Virus record (IMG/VR): IMGVR_UViG_3300020044_001147
Location: 1-28,844 of that record
Direction: 5' to 3' (one strand)
Length of the DNA: 28,844 nucleotides
DNA from: a virus
Lineage: Duplodnaviria; Caudoviricetes
Shown here: positions 1-7,846 of the stretch, in pieces
Layout of the letters: every line of letters starts with the position of its first letter
Position numbering within the stretch: position 1 is the first letter of the stretch
Position numbers and translations under genes: made by a program
The notes under the pieces: generated by a model
The model's input: only the letters and a program-made list of their open reading frames with translations
Databases searched by the model: none
Told to the model about the DNA's origin: nothing

Positions 1-1
1 G

Positions 2-724
2 GATTGGATCAGGTGCTATGCAGGTGGTGAGTACACCTATGTGCAGGAAGGCAGGCCTGTTTGGCCAGAGTATCAAGACTCAACCATGTCTGGAGATACT
101 GAGGTTGAGCCCAATGTGCCCATACAGGTGGGGCTTGACTTCGGATTGACCCCTGCAGCCACCATTGGCCAACGCTTGCCCAATGGCAGGTGGCTGATTC
201 ACCATGAGATTGTGACCTTTGACATGGGATTGGAGCGTTTTGGCCACCAGCTGCTGGCTGAGTTGAACCAGCGCTACCCCAATCACCAAGTAATGATCTG
301 GGGTGACCCAGCTGGTATGGCCAGAGATGCAATATATGAGGTCACCGCGTTTGATTACTTAAAAACTCTGGGGTTGCGAGCTCAACCTACGGCCAGCAAT
401 GACTTTAAGGTGCGCCGGGAGGCCTCTGCCGCCCCCATGCAGCGCCTGATCGCTGGCCTGCCGGGACTTATTGTCAACCGTGAGTGCAAGCTGCTGCGCA
501 AGGCTCTGGCCGGTGGCTACCACTTCAAGCGGGTGGCGGTCGGGGCTGGCCAAGAGCGCTTCCGCGACGCACCAAACAAGAACGAGCACTCACACATTGG
601 CGACTCCTTTGGTTACCTCATGCTGGGCGGCGGTGAATACAACCGGATGACTCGGAGCCACCAGCTCGGAGGTAGACCTCAATCACAAACAGTTGCCAGC
701 CTGGAATTTGACATATTTAGCTGA
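2..724 (+). CDS. terL: Terminase large subunit, C-terminal nuclease domain (5' truncated by window edge)
   Basis: Frame is open from nt 2 (DWIRCYAGGEYTYVQEGRPV...). RNase H-like terminase motifs VGLDFGLTPAA, WGDPAG and HSHIGDSFGY. Lies upstream of the portal gene. Confidence 0.9.
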   Translation, partial: DWIRCYAGGEYTYVQEGRPVWPEYQDSTMSGDTEVEPNVPIQVGLDFGLTPAATIGQRLPNGRWLIHHEIVTFDMGLERFGHQLLAELNQRYPNHQVMIWGDPAGMARDAIYEVTAFDYLKTLGLRAQPTASNDFKVRREASAAPMQRLIAGLPGLIVNRECKLLRKALAGGYHFKRVAVGAGQERFRDAPNKNEHSHIGDSFGYLMLGGGEYNRMTRSHQLGGRPQSQTVASLEFDIFS

Positions 725-741
725 GATATCAAACTGATATC
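725..741. promoter_or_regulatory. Putative operator GATATC-N5-GATATC
   Basis: Two palindromic GATATC hexamers with 11-bp periodicity, just upstream of a -35 element. Similar boxes occur at 28054-28061 and 28132-28150. Confidence 0.4.
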
Positions 742-745
742 GCTG

Positions 746-773
746 TTGACTAAAATCTAAAACCCAAGAGAAT
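746..773 (+). promoter_or_regulatory. Putative sigma70 promoter
   Basis: TTGACT (746-751), 16-nt spacer, GAGAAT (768-773), in an AT-rich intergenic gap. Confidence 0.45.
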
Positions 774-802
774 CTAATGAACTTTGTTAATTGGAGTGTG
801 CT

Positions 803-1747
803 ATGGCCCGACAAAACCGAAAGATGATGAAGGAGTACCTTAGTAAGGCCGAGGATAAAGGCCGAAAAGGGGACACCTACCTAGCGCACATGACGGGTGG
901 CGAACTTGTCCTGCCAAAAGAGTTTGCAAGTGATCCACAGATCCGCGCACTGATTGATGCCAAGTTTAAAAGCCAAGGTATCTCAACAAACCAGTACGTT
1001 GTTGGCCACAAAGAAAACAGCATCAACCCAGAGACTGGTCAGCCTGAGTTTGGGTTCTTAAAGAAATTTGCTGGAACAATTATTGGCGCAACGATTGGAT
1101 ACTTAACAGGGGGCGCGGCTGCTGCAGCTGGCGCAGTAACAGGCGCAAAGATTGGCGCTACCGTTGACGCTACTAGAGCAATCTCAGACGCTCAATCACA
1201 AGCCAGAGATCAGGCCGCTCAAGCGCAAGCAGCAGCTATGCAGCAAGCTCAATTAGCCCGTGATGCCGCAGCAGGTGAAGCACAGCGAAGCCGTGATGCC
1301 GCAGCTGAGCAAGCTAAGTTAAGCCGCGCACAACAAGCTGAAAGTCTTGCGCAGCAAAGTAAATTAACACAAGATCAGATCGATGCGCAAAGAGCTGGAG
1401 CAGCGAGTAGCTTAGAGCAGGCTCGACTTACTGCCGCGCAACAAGCAGAAATGCTTAGAAATCTAACCGCTCAACAAACGGCATCTGCTGATGCAGCCAA
1501 AGCCCAGCTCTATCAACAGCAAAAACAATACGAAGAACAAAAATTTGCAATGGAGAAGCAAGCCAAGGATCAGGCCGCAGCTCTTGACGCAGAGCGCCGC
1601 AAGATTGCACAGCGTGAGTCAGCTCAAATGACTGCCAGACGTAGAGCTGGTAAGCGCTCCTTACTGTCTTCTGCCAGGATGAATCCAGAACTGGGTATTC
1701 CATCTGGAGTTGATGAAACACAAATGAAGACTATGTTGGGGGCATGA
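803..1747 (+). CDS. Putative virion/ejection protein (pre-portal; gp7.3-like C-terminus, Ala/Gln coiled coil)
   Basis: GGAG SD at 793-796 favours ATG 803 over TTG 791. N-terminal GRKGDTYLAH...SINPETGQPEF domain, glycine-zipper segment, long Ala/Gln helix and C-terminal RRRAGKRSLLS. Confidence 0.65.
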   Translation: MARQNRKMMKEYLSKAEDKGRKGDTYLAHMTGGELVLPKEFASDPQIRALIDAKFKSQGISTNQYVVGHKENSINPETGQPEFGFLKKFAGTIIGATIGYLTGGAAAAAGAVTGAKIGATVDATRAISDAQSQARDQAAQAQAAAMQQAQLARDAAAGEAQRSRDAAAEQAKLSRAQQAESLAQQSKLTQDQIDAQRAGAASSLEQARLTAAQQAEMLRNLTAQQTASADAAKAQLYQQQKQYEEQKFAMEKQAKDQAAALDAERRKIAQRESAQMTARRRAGKRSLLSSARMNPELGIPSGVDETQMKTMLGA

Positions 1748-1748
1748 A

Positions 1749-2282
1749 ATGACAGATGAAGAGTTTGCTGCCCAACAAGCTGCTGCTGATAGAGCATTTC
1801 AAGCAGAGCAAGCTCGATTAAATGCTGAGTTTCAAGCGCAAATTAATGCGCAAAATAAAGCAGAGGCTGAGAATTTAGCAAGAGCCCAAGCAGAAATTTC
1901 AGCCATGCTTGCGGCTGAGCAACAAAGAGCGGCTGAAGCTGTTGCTTCTTACAGAGCTCAAGAGGCTGCAATTCAAGCTCAAGCCGCCCAAGCTCAAAGA
2001 GAAGCAGAAATAGCACAAGCAGAAATAGCCAAACAAGTAGCAGAGACACAGCGCTTATCTGTTGAGATGGCGGCTAAGTCAAAGTCAGAGATTGAATCAG
2101 TGCAGCGAACCTCTTCAGCAAAAATTGCTGGGCAACGCAAAGCTGGTCGCTTTTCAGCAGACCGCTCAATGTTGTCTGGATACCGTGTTGCTGAAACTGG
2201 CCCACCAACACTTGGTGGCGCTGGCAATCTTGGTGGCCAAGCTAGTAGTTTTGGCGCAACAGGTCAACTTGGGGTTGGATGA
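1749..2282 (+). CDS. Ala/Gln-rich coiled-coil protein, probable paralogue of the upstream gene
   Basis: 177-aa ORF starting 1 nt after the upstream stop. C-terminal RKAG...RSMLS and Gly-rich tail resemble the upstream protein. Confidence 0.65.
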   Translation: MTDEEFAAQQAAADRAFQAEQARLNAEFQAQINAQNKAEAENLARAQAEISAMLAAEQQRAAEAVASYRAQEAAIQAQAAQAQREAEIAQAEIAKQVAETQRLSVEMAAKSKSEIESVQRTSSAKIAGQRKAGRFSADRSMLSGYRVAETGPPTLGGAGNLGGQASSFGATGQLGVG

Positions 2283-2306
2283 TGAAGCAAAACTGGAGGC
2301 TTACCA

Positions 2307-2471
2307 ATGAAAAATAAAGAGGTGTGGGACAAGCCAAGGCCCAAAGACTTGGGCAAGTCTGAGGCGCTGTCATCAGCTGAAAAGCGTATGGCAATGCGTC
2401 GAGCCGCCAAAGCAGGCAGGCCGTACCCCAATCTGGTTGACAACATGGCTGCGGCAAGAGATAAGAAGTGA
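2307..2471 (+). CDS. Small basic hypothetical protein (54 aa, not in ORF track)
   Basis: GGAGG SD at 2295-2299. Translates as MKNKEVWDKPRPKDLGKSEALSSAEKRMAMRRAAKAGRPYPNLVDNMAAARDKK. Its stop overlaps the next start (GTGA). Confidence 0.75.
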   Translation: MKNKEVWDKPRPKDLGKSEALSSAEKRMAMRRAAKAGRPYPNLVDNMAAARDKK

Positions 2472-2791
2472 GCAAATACAAAGACCCAGAGGGTGGTCTG
2501 ACCGAGGCTGGCAGGCGCAAGTTTGAGTCGTCTGGCGAGAGTAAGAACCTTCAGCCAGGCGTGAAAGACAGCGCGCCAAGCGGTGAGCGTGCCAGGCGTA
2601 AAGGATCTTTTCTGACTCGGTTTTACACCAACCTAAGTGGGCCTTTGGTCAACGATAAGGGAGAACCGACCAGGCTTGCGCTGGCAGCGAATGCTTGGGG
2701 TGAGCCCGTGCCCCGCACTCAGGTAGCTGCCGCACGCTTGGCGGCTAAAGGTCGCAATTTGCTTGACAAGTACAAGTTAGAAGAGGAATGA
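2468..2791 (+). CDS. Basic phage protein, DUF6321-like
   Basis: Pattern KDPEGGLTEAGR...NLQPGVK...RRKGSFLTRF...GEPTRLALAANAW. Coupled to both neighbours. Confidence 0.6.
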   Translation: MSKYKDPEGGLTEAGRRKFESSGESKNLQPGVKDSAPSGERARRKGSFLTRFYTNLSGPLVNDKGEPTRLALAANAWGEPVPRTQVAAARLAAKGRNLLDKYKLEEE

Positions 2792-2792
2792 C

Positions 2793-4409
2793 ATGGAATA
2801 CGGTACAAACCAAAGTGGCGGCATGCGCCTAACGCCAGAGCAAATTCTTAAACGTCAAGCGCTAGCTCAGACCAAGAAGGACGAGTTCCAGCAGCTGTAC
2901 CAGGATGCCTATGAGTTTGCCCTGCCCCAGCGCCAGCTCTATGGTGTTTGGGAAGGTGGTGCTGTTGGATCCAAAAAGATGCAGCGCGTCTTTGACAGTA
3001 CAGCAATCAACAGTACCCAACGGTTTGCCAACAGGTTGCAGTCGGTAGTCTTTCCTCCACAAAGACGCTGGTGCAGACTTGAATCAGGCATGGATATCCC
3101 TGTTGATCGCAAGCCACAAGCACAAGCAATCCTAGACCTCTATGGCGAAAAAATGTTTGCCATATTGCGCCAGTCCAACTTTGACATTGCTATGGGCGAG
3201 TTCTTACTTGACCTGGCTGTGGGCACCGCCTGCATGATGGTCCAGCCTGGCGACGATGTGAACCCCATCAACTTCATTCCAGTGCCGCTGTTCCTAGTGA
3301 GCTATGAAGAAGGCGCAAATGGCCAGGTGGATAACGTCTACCGGCGAATGCGCTTAAAGGGCGAAAGCATCCAGCGCCAATGGCCCGATGCCGAGATACC
3401 GCCAGACATGCAGCGCCGCATTGCTGACAAGCCAACCGACGACATTGAGCTGCTTGAGGCATCTATCTATGACGCAAACCGTGGTGACTACTGCTATCAC
3501 GTTATTGACAAGCACAGCAAAGCCGAGTTGGTCTATCGCAGACGCAAGGTTTCACCGTGGGTTATCAGTCGCTACATGAAGGTGGCTGGTGAGATCTATG
3601 GCCGCGGCCCACTGATGACTGCCCTGCCTGATATTAAGACGCTGAATAAGACTATTGAGCTGCTGCTTAAGAACGCATCACTTGCTGTATCTGGTGTCTA
3701 CACCGCTGCCGATGATGGTGTACTGAATCCCAACACAGTCAAGATCGTGCCTGGCGGCATCATCCCTGTGGCCCGAAATGGTGGCCCACAAGGACCATCG
3801 CTCATGGCCCTGCCCCGCTCTGGCGACTTCAACGTGTCGCAGCTGGTGATCAACGATCTGCGCGGCAACGTCAAGCGCATCTTGCTAGACGAGTCCCTGC
3901 CCCCAGAGAACATGTCAGCTAGATCTGCCACAGAGATTGTCGAGCGCATGAAGGAGCTGTCTCAGAACTTGGGCTCTGCCTTTGGTCGCTTGATCAACGA
4001 GACCATGATCCCTGTGGTAACCAAGATCCTAGAAGTCATGGATGAGCGCGGCTTGATTGATCTGCCGTTGCGGGTTAATGGTCTTGAGGTCAAAGTCTCC
4101 CCCACTTCACCGCTTGCCAATGCGCAGGCCATGGACGAAGTTAACGCTGCGCTCCAGTTTGCCCAGCTGACCAGGGAAATGGGTGCCGAGGGCCAGGTGG
4201 CCGTCAAGTTTGGCGAAATGATTGACTATTTGGGCGACAAGCTTGGTGTGCCTGCGGCCTTGCGAAACAGTGCAGCTGAGCGAGTCTTTGCAATTGAGCA
4301 GCAACAAGCCCAAGACGCTCAAGCCATGGCTGCTCAGATGGCCATGCAACAACAGGGTATGGCGCCACCTGGTCAACCTACCTTGCCAGCACCACAAGGA
4401 GCAATGTAA
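2793..4409 (+). CDS. Portal (head-to-tail connector), T7 gp8-like
   Basis: 538 aa with motifs FDSTAINS, GEIYGRGP...ALPDIKTLN and RSATEIVERMKE...LGSAFGRL typical of podovirus portals. Confidence 0.93.
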   Translation: MEYGTNQSGGMRLTPEQILKRQALAQTKKDEFQQLYQDAYEFALPQRQLYGVWEGGAVGSKKMQRVFDSTAINSTQRFANRLQSVVFPPQRRWCRLESGMDIPVDRKPQAQAILDLYGEKMFAILRQSNFDIAMGEFLLDLAVGTACMMVQPGDDVNPINFIPVPLFLVSYEEGANGQVDNVYRRMRLKGESIQRQWPDAEIPPDMQRRIADKPTDDIELLEASIYDANRGDYCYHVIDKHSKAELVYRRRKVSPWVISRYMKVAGEIYGRGPLMTALPDIKTLNKTIELLLKNASLAVSGVYTAADDGVLNPNTVKIVPGGIIPVARNGGPQGPSLMALPRSGDFNVSQLVINDLRGNVKRILLDESLPPENMSARSATEIVERMKELSQNLGSAFGRLINETMIPVVTKILEVMDERGLIDLPLRVNGLEVKVSPTSPLANAQAMDEVNAALQFAQLTREMGAEGQVAVKFGEMIDYLGDKLGVPAALRNSAAERVFAIEQQQAQDAQAMAAQMAMQQQGMAPPGQPTLPAPQGAM

Positions 4410-4735
4410 TGGACTATGGAAACAGACCAAACGGCGAAAAAAAAGGTATGGGTTACTTTGGCGAACTCAAAAGACCTAATGGAGATGTATCAACAGAAAT
4501 ATCTGTGGGCGTTGGTATGGACGGCAAAGAGCTGGAAATACCATTGATTGTGCCAACCCTTACAAAAAAAGAACTTAATTACTTATTAACTACAGATGTA
4601 GAAAGTAAAACTTTTTTTACGAACATGCCGTCATCCATCATGGACAAAGCATATGAGCATGCAAAAACACGCATCAAATCTGGCATGTCGCCATTTGCTG
4701 ATGAAGATGAAATGATGGAGCCACCCAAAGAATGA
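4409..4735 (+). CDS. Hypothetical protein
   Basis: 108-aa ORF coupled on both sides (TAATG, ATGA). More AT-rich than its neighbours. Confidence 0.7.
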   Translation: MDYGNRPNGEKKGMGYFGELKRPNGDVSTEISVGVGMDGKELEIPLIVPTLTKKELNYLLTTDVESKTFFTNMPSSIMDKAYEHAKTRIKSGMSPFADEDEMMEPPKE

Positions 4736-4995
4736 GCTGGGATGAAATCAATGCCATTGGCCAAGCGCCAGACATACGCGAAGTCACTCAGCAGCGTGAA
4801 GATTTAGCCCGGCTATGTCTTCGCGTATTTGGTACTGAGGACGGCCAGAAGCTCTTTGAGTGGCTCCGAGCCATATATGTAAATGTGCCCATTGCCGTGC
4901 CGGGCACAGACCCGTCCCATGCGTTCTTTGCTGAAGGGCAGAGAAACGTGGTTCGGGACATTGAGGCGCGGATCAATCAAGCAAGGAAACTATGA
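4732..4995 (+). CDS. Small head-region protein, BPP-1 Bbp19-like
   Basis: Pattern VFGTEDGQKLFEWL...AFFAEGQRNVVRDI. Lies between portal and scaffold. Confidence 0.65.
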   Translation: MSWDEINAIGQAPDIREVTQQREDLARLCLRVFGTEDGQKLFEWLRAIYVNVPIAVPGTDPSHAFFAEGQRNVVRDIEARINQARKL

Positions 4996-5780
4996 CGACC
5001 GAAACCGAAACCAATGTCGAGCCCAGCACTGGCCTACTTGACAGCGTACAGGTGGCAGACGAAGGCAAGACAGAAAACTCACAAGCTGTTGAGATTAACC
5101 ACAAAGCGACTGCAGCAACAGAGCTGGCACCAGGTATTCCTGGCACACCCCAAGAGCGCCCGGAGTGGCTACCAGAGAACTTTTGGAACCAAGACAAGGG
5201 CGAAGCCAACATGGAGGCCATGGCCAAGTCTTATGCTGACTTGCGTAAGGTGGTTAGCCAAGGTAAGCACAAGGCCCCAGAGGGCGGCAAGTACGACACC
5301 AGCGTGTTTAAAGTCCAGGACGTTGACAATGACTCGCTTTCCAAAACGTATGTCGACTGGGCTCAAAAGCACGGCATTAGCCAGATGGCTTTTGATGAAT
5401 TAGCGCAAAACGTCAATCAAATGGCTGATGTAATGGCCGGGCCAGTTATCGATACCCAAGCCGAAATGAAGTCTCTTGGACCCAACGCCAACGCTGTGGT
5501 CAACGGTATGGTGGACTGGGCTCGCGGCCTGGTCAATAAGGGCGTTTGGAGTAAGGACGATTTTGAAGAGTTCAAGATCATGGGCGGCACAGCTCGCGGT
5601 CTCAGCGCTTTAATGAAGGTGCGCTCTGCCTATGAAGGCCGGTTGCCAATTGAGGTTTCACCGATGGAAGGCGCTCCCAGCAAGGAAGAGCTGTACCAAA
5701 TGGTCAATGACCCCAAGTACAAAACCGATGTGGCTTACCGCCAAAAGGTGGAGCGTATGTTTCAACAACACATTGCCTAG
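4992..5780 (+). CDS. Capsid assembly scaffolding protein, T7 gp9-like
   Basis: Acidic N-terminus, RPEWLPENF motif, C-terminal DPKYKTDVAYRQKVE. Directly precedes the capsid gene. Confidence 0.82.
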   Translation: MTTETETNVEPSTGLLDSVQVADEGKTENSQAVEINHKATAATELAPGIPGTPQERPEWLPENFWNQDKGEANMEAMAKSYADLRKVVSQGKHKAPEGGKYDTSVFKVQDVDNDSLSKTYVDWAQKHGISQMAFDELAQNVNQMADVMAGPVIDTQAEMKSLGPNANAVVNGMVDWARGLVNKGVWSKDDFEEFKIMGGTARGLSALMKVRSAYEGRLPIEVSPMEGAPSKEELYQMVNDPKYKTDVAYRQKVERMFQQHIA

Positions 5781-5813
5781 TTGTTTTCTAGCGGTTGACT
5801 TTTGTTGCCATTT

Positions 5814-5840
5814 GACCCAGCTTCGGCTGGGTCTTTTTTT
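5814..5840 (+). terminator. Rho-independent terminator
   Basis: GACCCAGC-TTCG-GCTGGGTC, a perfect 8-bp stem with a C(UUCG)G loop, followed by T7. Confidence 0.88.
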
Positions 5841-5855
5841 ATTTGTGAGCCCTAT

Positions 5856-5883
5856 TTGCATTTTGTACAAAAAGCAATACAAT
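5856..5883 (+). promoter_or_regulatory. Putative sigma70 promoter for the capsid gene
   Basis: TTGCAT (5856-5861), 16-nt spacer, TACAAT (5878-5883), directly after the terminator. Confidence 0.55.
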
Positions 5884-5889
5884 CGGAAC

Positions 5890-5984
5890 TAAGGCATACC
5901 AGGCAACTGGCCCTTACCGCAGCGGATGCTGACGATTGGCTAGCGATACTAGCAAGCATTCGGCCCTGATTCTCAGGCTCACCG
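5890..5984 (+). ncRNA. Putative structured cis-regulatory RNA leader of the major capsid gene
   Basis: Three adjacent stem-loops. The first (GCAA tetraloop) and the third share a GG-CNNA-CC/GG-C-CC internal loop. Confidence 0.5.
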
Positions 5985-6027
5985 GCGCGAGAACCCTGTT
6001 TTTTCAACAACCGAATGAGGTATCCAA

Positions 6028-6870
6028 ATGAGCATTTCTTTAAGCAATGCCTTCGTTACTCTCTTCGACGCGGAAGTCAAACAAGCCTACCAAGGTATGG
6101 CAAAGTTGGTTCCGGCGGTTCGCCAGCGTCGTGGAGTCGAAGGTTCAACTGTTAAGTTTCCCAAAGTAGGCAAGGGTGTCGCAACTATTCGCGTCCCCCA
6201 AACCGATGTCACACCTCTGAATGTTGCATTTAGCTCAGTCACTTTGACTTTGTCTGATTACAACGCAGCAGAGTACTCTGACATTTTCAGCCAAGCCAAG
6301 GTCAACTTCGATGAGCGCCAAGAATTGGTGCAAGTTGTTGCTGGCGCTATGGGTCGTCGTCAAGACCAGATGATTCTGGATGCACTTACCGCATCTAGCA
6401 CCAGCTTGACAGTGGCTAATAGCATTGGCGGAGCAAATACCAACATGAACATTACCAAGCTGCGCGAAGCTAAGCGCTTAATGGACAAGAACAATGTTCC
6501 ACCTGATGGCCGCAACATCATCATTCACGCAAATGGCCTGGCCAACTTGCTGTCTGAGACTAGCGTGACCAGCTCCGACTTCAACAGCGTTAAAGCGCTG
6601 GTGCAGGGCGAGCTCAACACCTACTTGGGATTCACGTTCCATGTCTTGGGTGACCGCTCTGAAGGCGGCTTGGCTATCGACGGCTCACTTGACCGCAGCT
6701 GCTTTGCATTCCACAAGGATGCAGTTGGCTACGGTGAAGGTATCGCCATGCGTACCGAGATTAACTACATCGCCGAGAAGACTTCTTGGTTGGTGAACGA
6801 AGTCTTCAGTGCTGGCGCTGTTGCCATTGACGATGAAGGTATCGTCAAGATCACCTGCCGTGAAACTTAA
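6028..6870 (+). CDS. Major capsid protein
   Basis: GAGG SD. 280 aa with N-terminus SNAFVTLFDAEVKQAYQ, internal AMGRRQDQMIL and YLGFTF, and C-terminus GAVAIDDEGIV. Follows the scaffold gene. Confidence 0.9.
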   Translation: MSISLSNAFVTLFDAEVKQAYQGMAKLVPAVRQRRGVEGSTVKFPKVGKGVATIRVPQTDVTPLNVAFSSVTLTLSDYNAAEYSDIFSQAKVNFDERQELVQVVAGAMGRRQDQMILDALTASSTSLTVANSIGGANTNMNITKLREAKRLMDKNNVPPDGRNIIIHANGLANLLSETSVTSSDFNSVKALVQGELNTYLGFTFHVLGDRSEGGLAIDGSLDRSCFAFHKDAVGYGEGIAMRTEINYIAEKTSWLVNEVFSAGAVAIDDEGIVKITCRET

Positions 6871-6884
6871 TCTAGGAGACTGAC

Positions 6885-7160
6885 ATGGCATTTTCAAGCA
6901 CTGGTTTTGTAACCGTATGCGCTGCCAAATCTGGCAATGCACCATCAATGTATCTGTACAAAACAACAGATACTCAAGCCACGGTTAACACTGTGAGCTA
7001 CTTTGACAGCATCGCATCGCTGTTGAAAGTCGGAGACATTCTTTTTGTCTATGACGCTACTACCCCAAGCCTAGTGTTGACTTACGTCAACGCTGTGTCT
7101 TCAGCTGGAGTGGTTGACATTGCTGACGGTACAACCGTAAGCGCAACAGATACCGACTAA
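6885..7160 (+). CDS. Small putative virion (capsid decoration) protein
   Basis: AGGAG SD. 91-aa beta-rich ORF between the capsid gene and a hairpin. Function inferred from position only. Confidence 0.6.
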   Translation: MAFSSTGFVTVCAAKSGNAPSMYLYKTTDTQATVNTVSYFDSIASLLKVGDILFVYDATTPSLVLTYVNAVSSAGVVDIADGTTVSATDTD

Positions 7161-7177
7161 GTCGGGTCTGCTGTAAA

Positions 7178-7214
7178 GAGGCCAACTTCTGCCAAAGCGG
7201 AGGTTGGCCTTTCT
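7178..7214 (+). terminator. Long hairpin after capsid genes (probable leaky terminator or processing site)
   Basis: GAGGCCAACTTCTGC-CAAA-GCGGAGGTTGGCCTT, a 15-bp stem with G-U pairs and a weak U tail. Position is analogous to T7 T-phi. Confidence 0.6.
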
Positions 7215-7231
7215 CACATTGAGAGGTTTAC

Positions 7232-7846
7232 ATGGCTGCTGGTGATACTGGAGTTTCAATCTGCTCTGATGCCCTGCTGATGCTGGGTGCCAAAGCCATC
7301 ACATCGTTCAACGATGGCACCGATGCGGCCAGCGTATGTGACCGCCTGTACCCCGACATTCGCGATTCGGTATTGACTACCTACCCGTGGACATTTAATA
7401 CAAAGAAGGTGCAGCTGGCTCAGCTGATCACCACCCCAAATTCTGTCTGGCGCTATGAGTATCAGCTGCCAGGCGACCGGCTGGGCACCGTGCGTGCTGC
7501 TTACGCAACCGCATCACAAAACGCCTACCCCAACAAAGACTGGGAAATACAGGGCGACAAGCTACTGACAAACCTGCCTGCTGTTTACTTGGACTACCAA
7601 TACAGCTTGGGTGAGTTTGCAATGCCGCAATACTTTGTTCAGCTGCTCAAGTACATGATGTCTTGGCACTTGGCCATGCCAATCACAGAACAAAGCGACC
7701 GCGCCCAATACTGGCAAGGTGTCGCTGTGGGTGGGCCTGCCGAAAATGGCCGTGGTGGTTTTATGCGCACGGCAATGAATATAGATGGCCAAGGCACACC
7801 AACCAGAGTAATTGAAGATTTCAGCTTAATTGCAGTGAGGGGCTGA
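7232..7846 (+). CDS. Tail tubular protein A (adaptor), T7 gp11-like
   Basis: Pattern ICSDALLMLGA...YPWTFN...YEYQLPGD. 204 aa, first gene after the capsid block. Confidence 0.85.
   Translation: MAAGDTGVSICSDALLMLGAKAITSFNDGTDAASVCDRLYPDIRDSVLTTYPWTFNTKKVQLAQLITTPNSVWRYEYQLPGDRLGTVRAAYATASQNAYPNKDWEIQGDKLLTNLPAVYLDYQYSLGEFAMPQYFVQLLKYMMSWHLAMPITEQSDRAQYWQGVAVGGPAENGRGGFMRTAMNIDGQGTPTRVIEDFSLIAVRG

Noticed and set aside
5929-5962. CTGACGA resembling the hammerhead ribozyme CUGAnGA core
   Set aside because: The required GAAA after stem II and the three-way junction are absent.
6850-6890. T7 10A/10B-style -1 frameshift fusing the capsid to the next ORF
   Set aside because: The downstream frame has a TAG at 6873-6875, there is no clear slippery site, and the ORF has its own SD.
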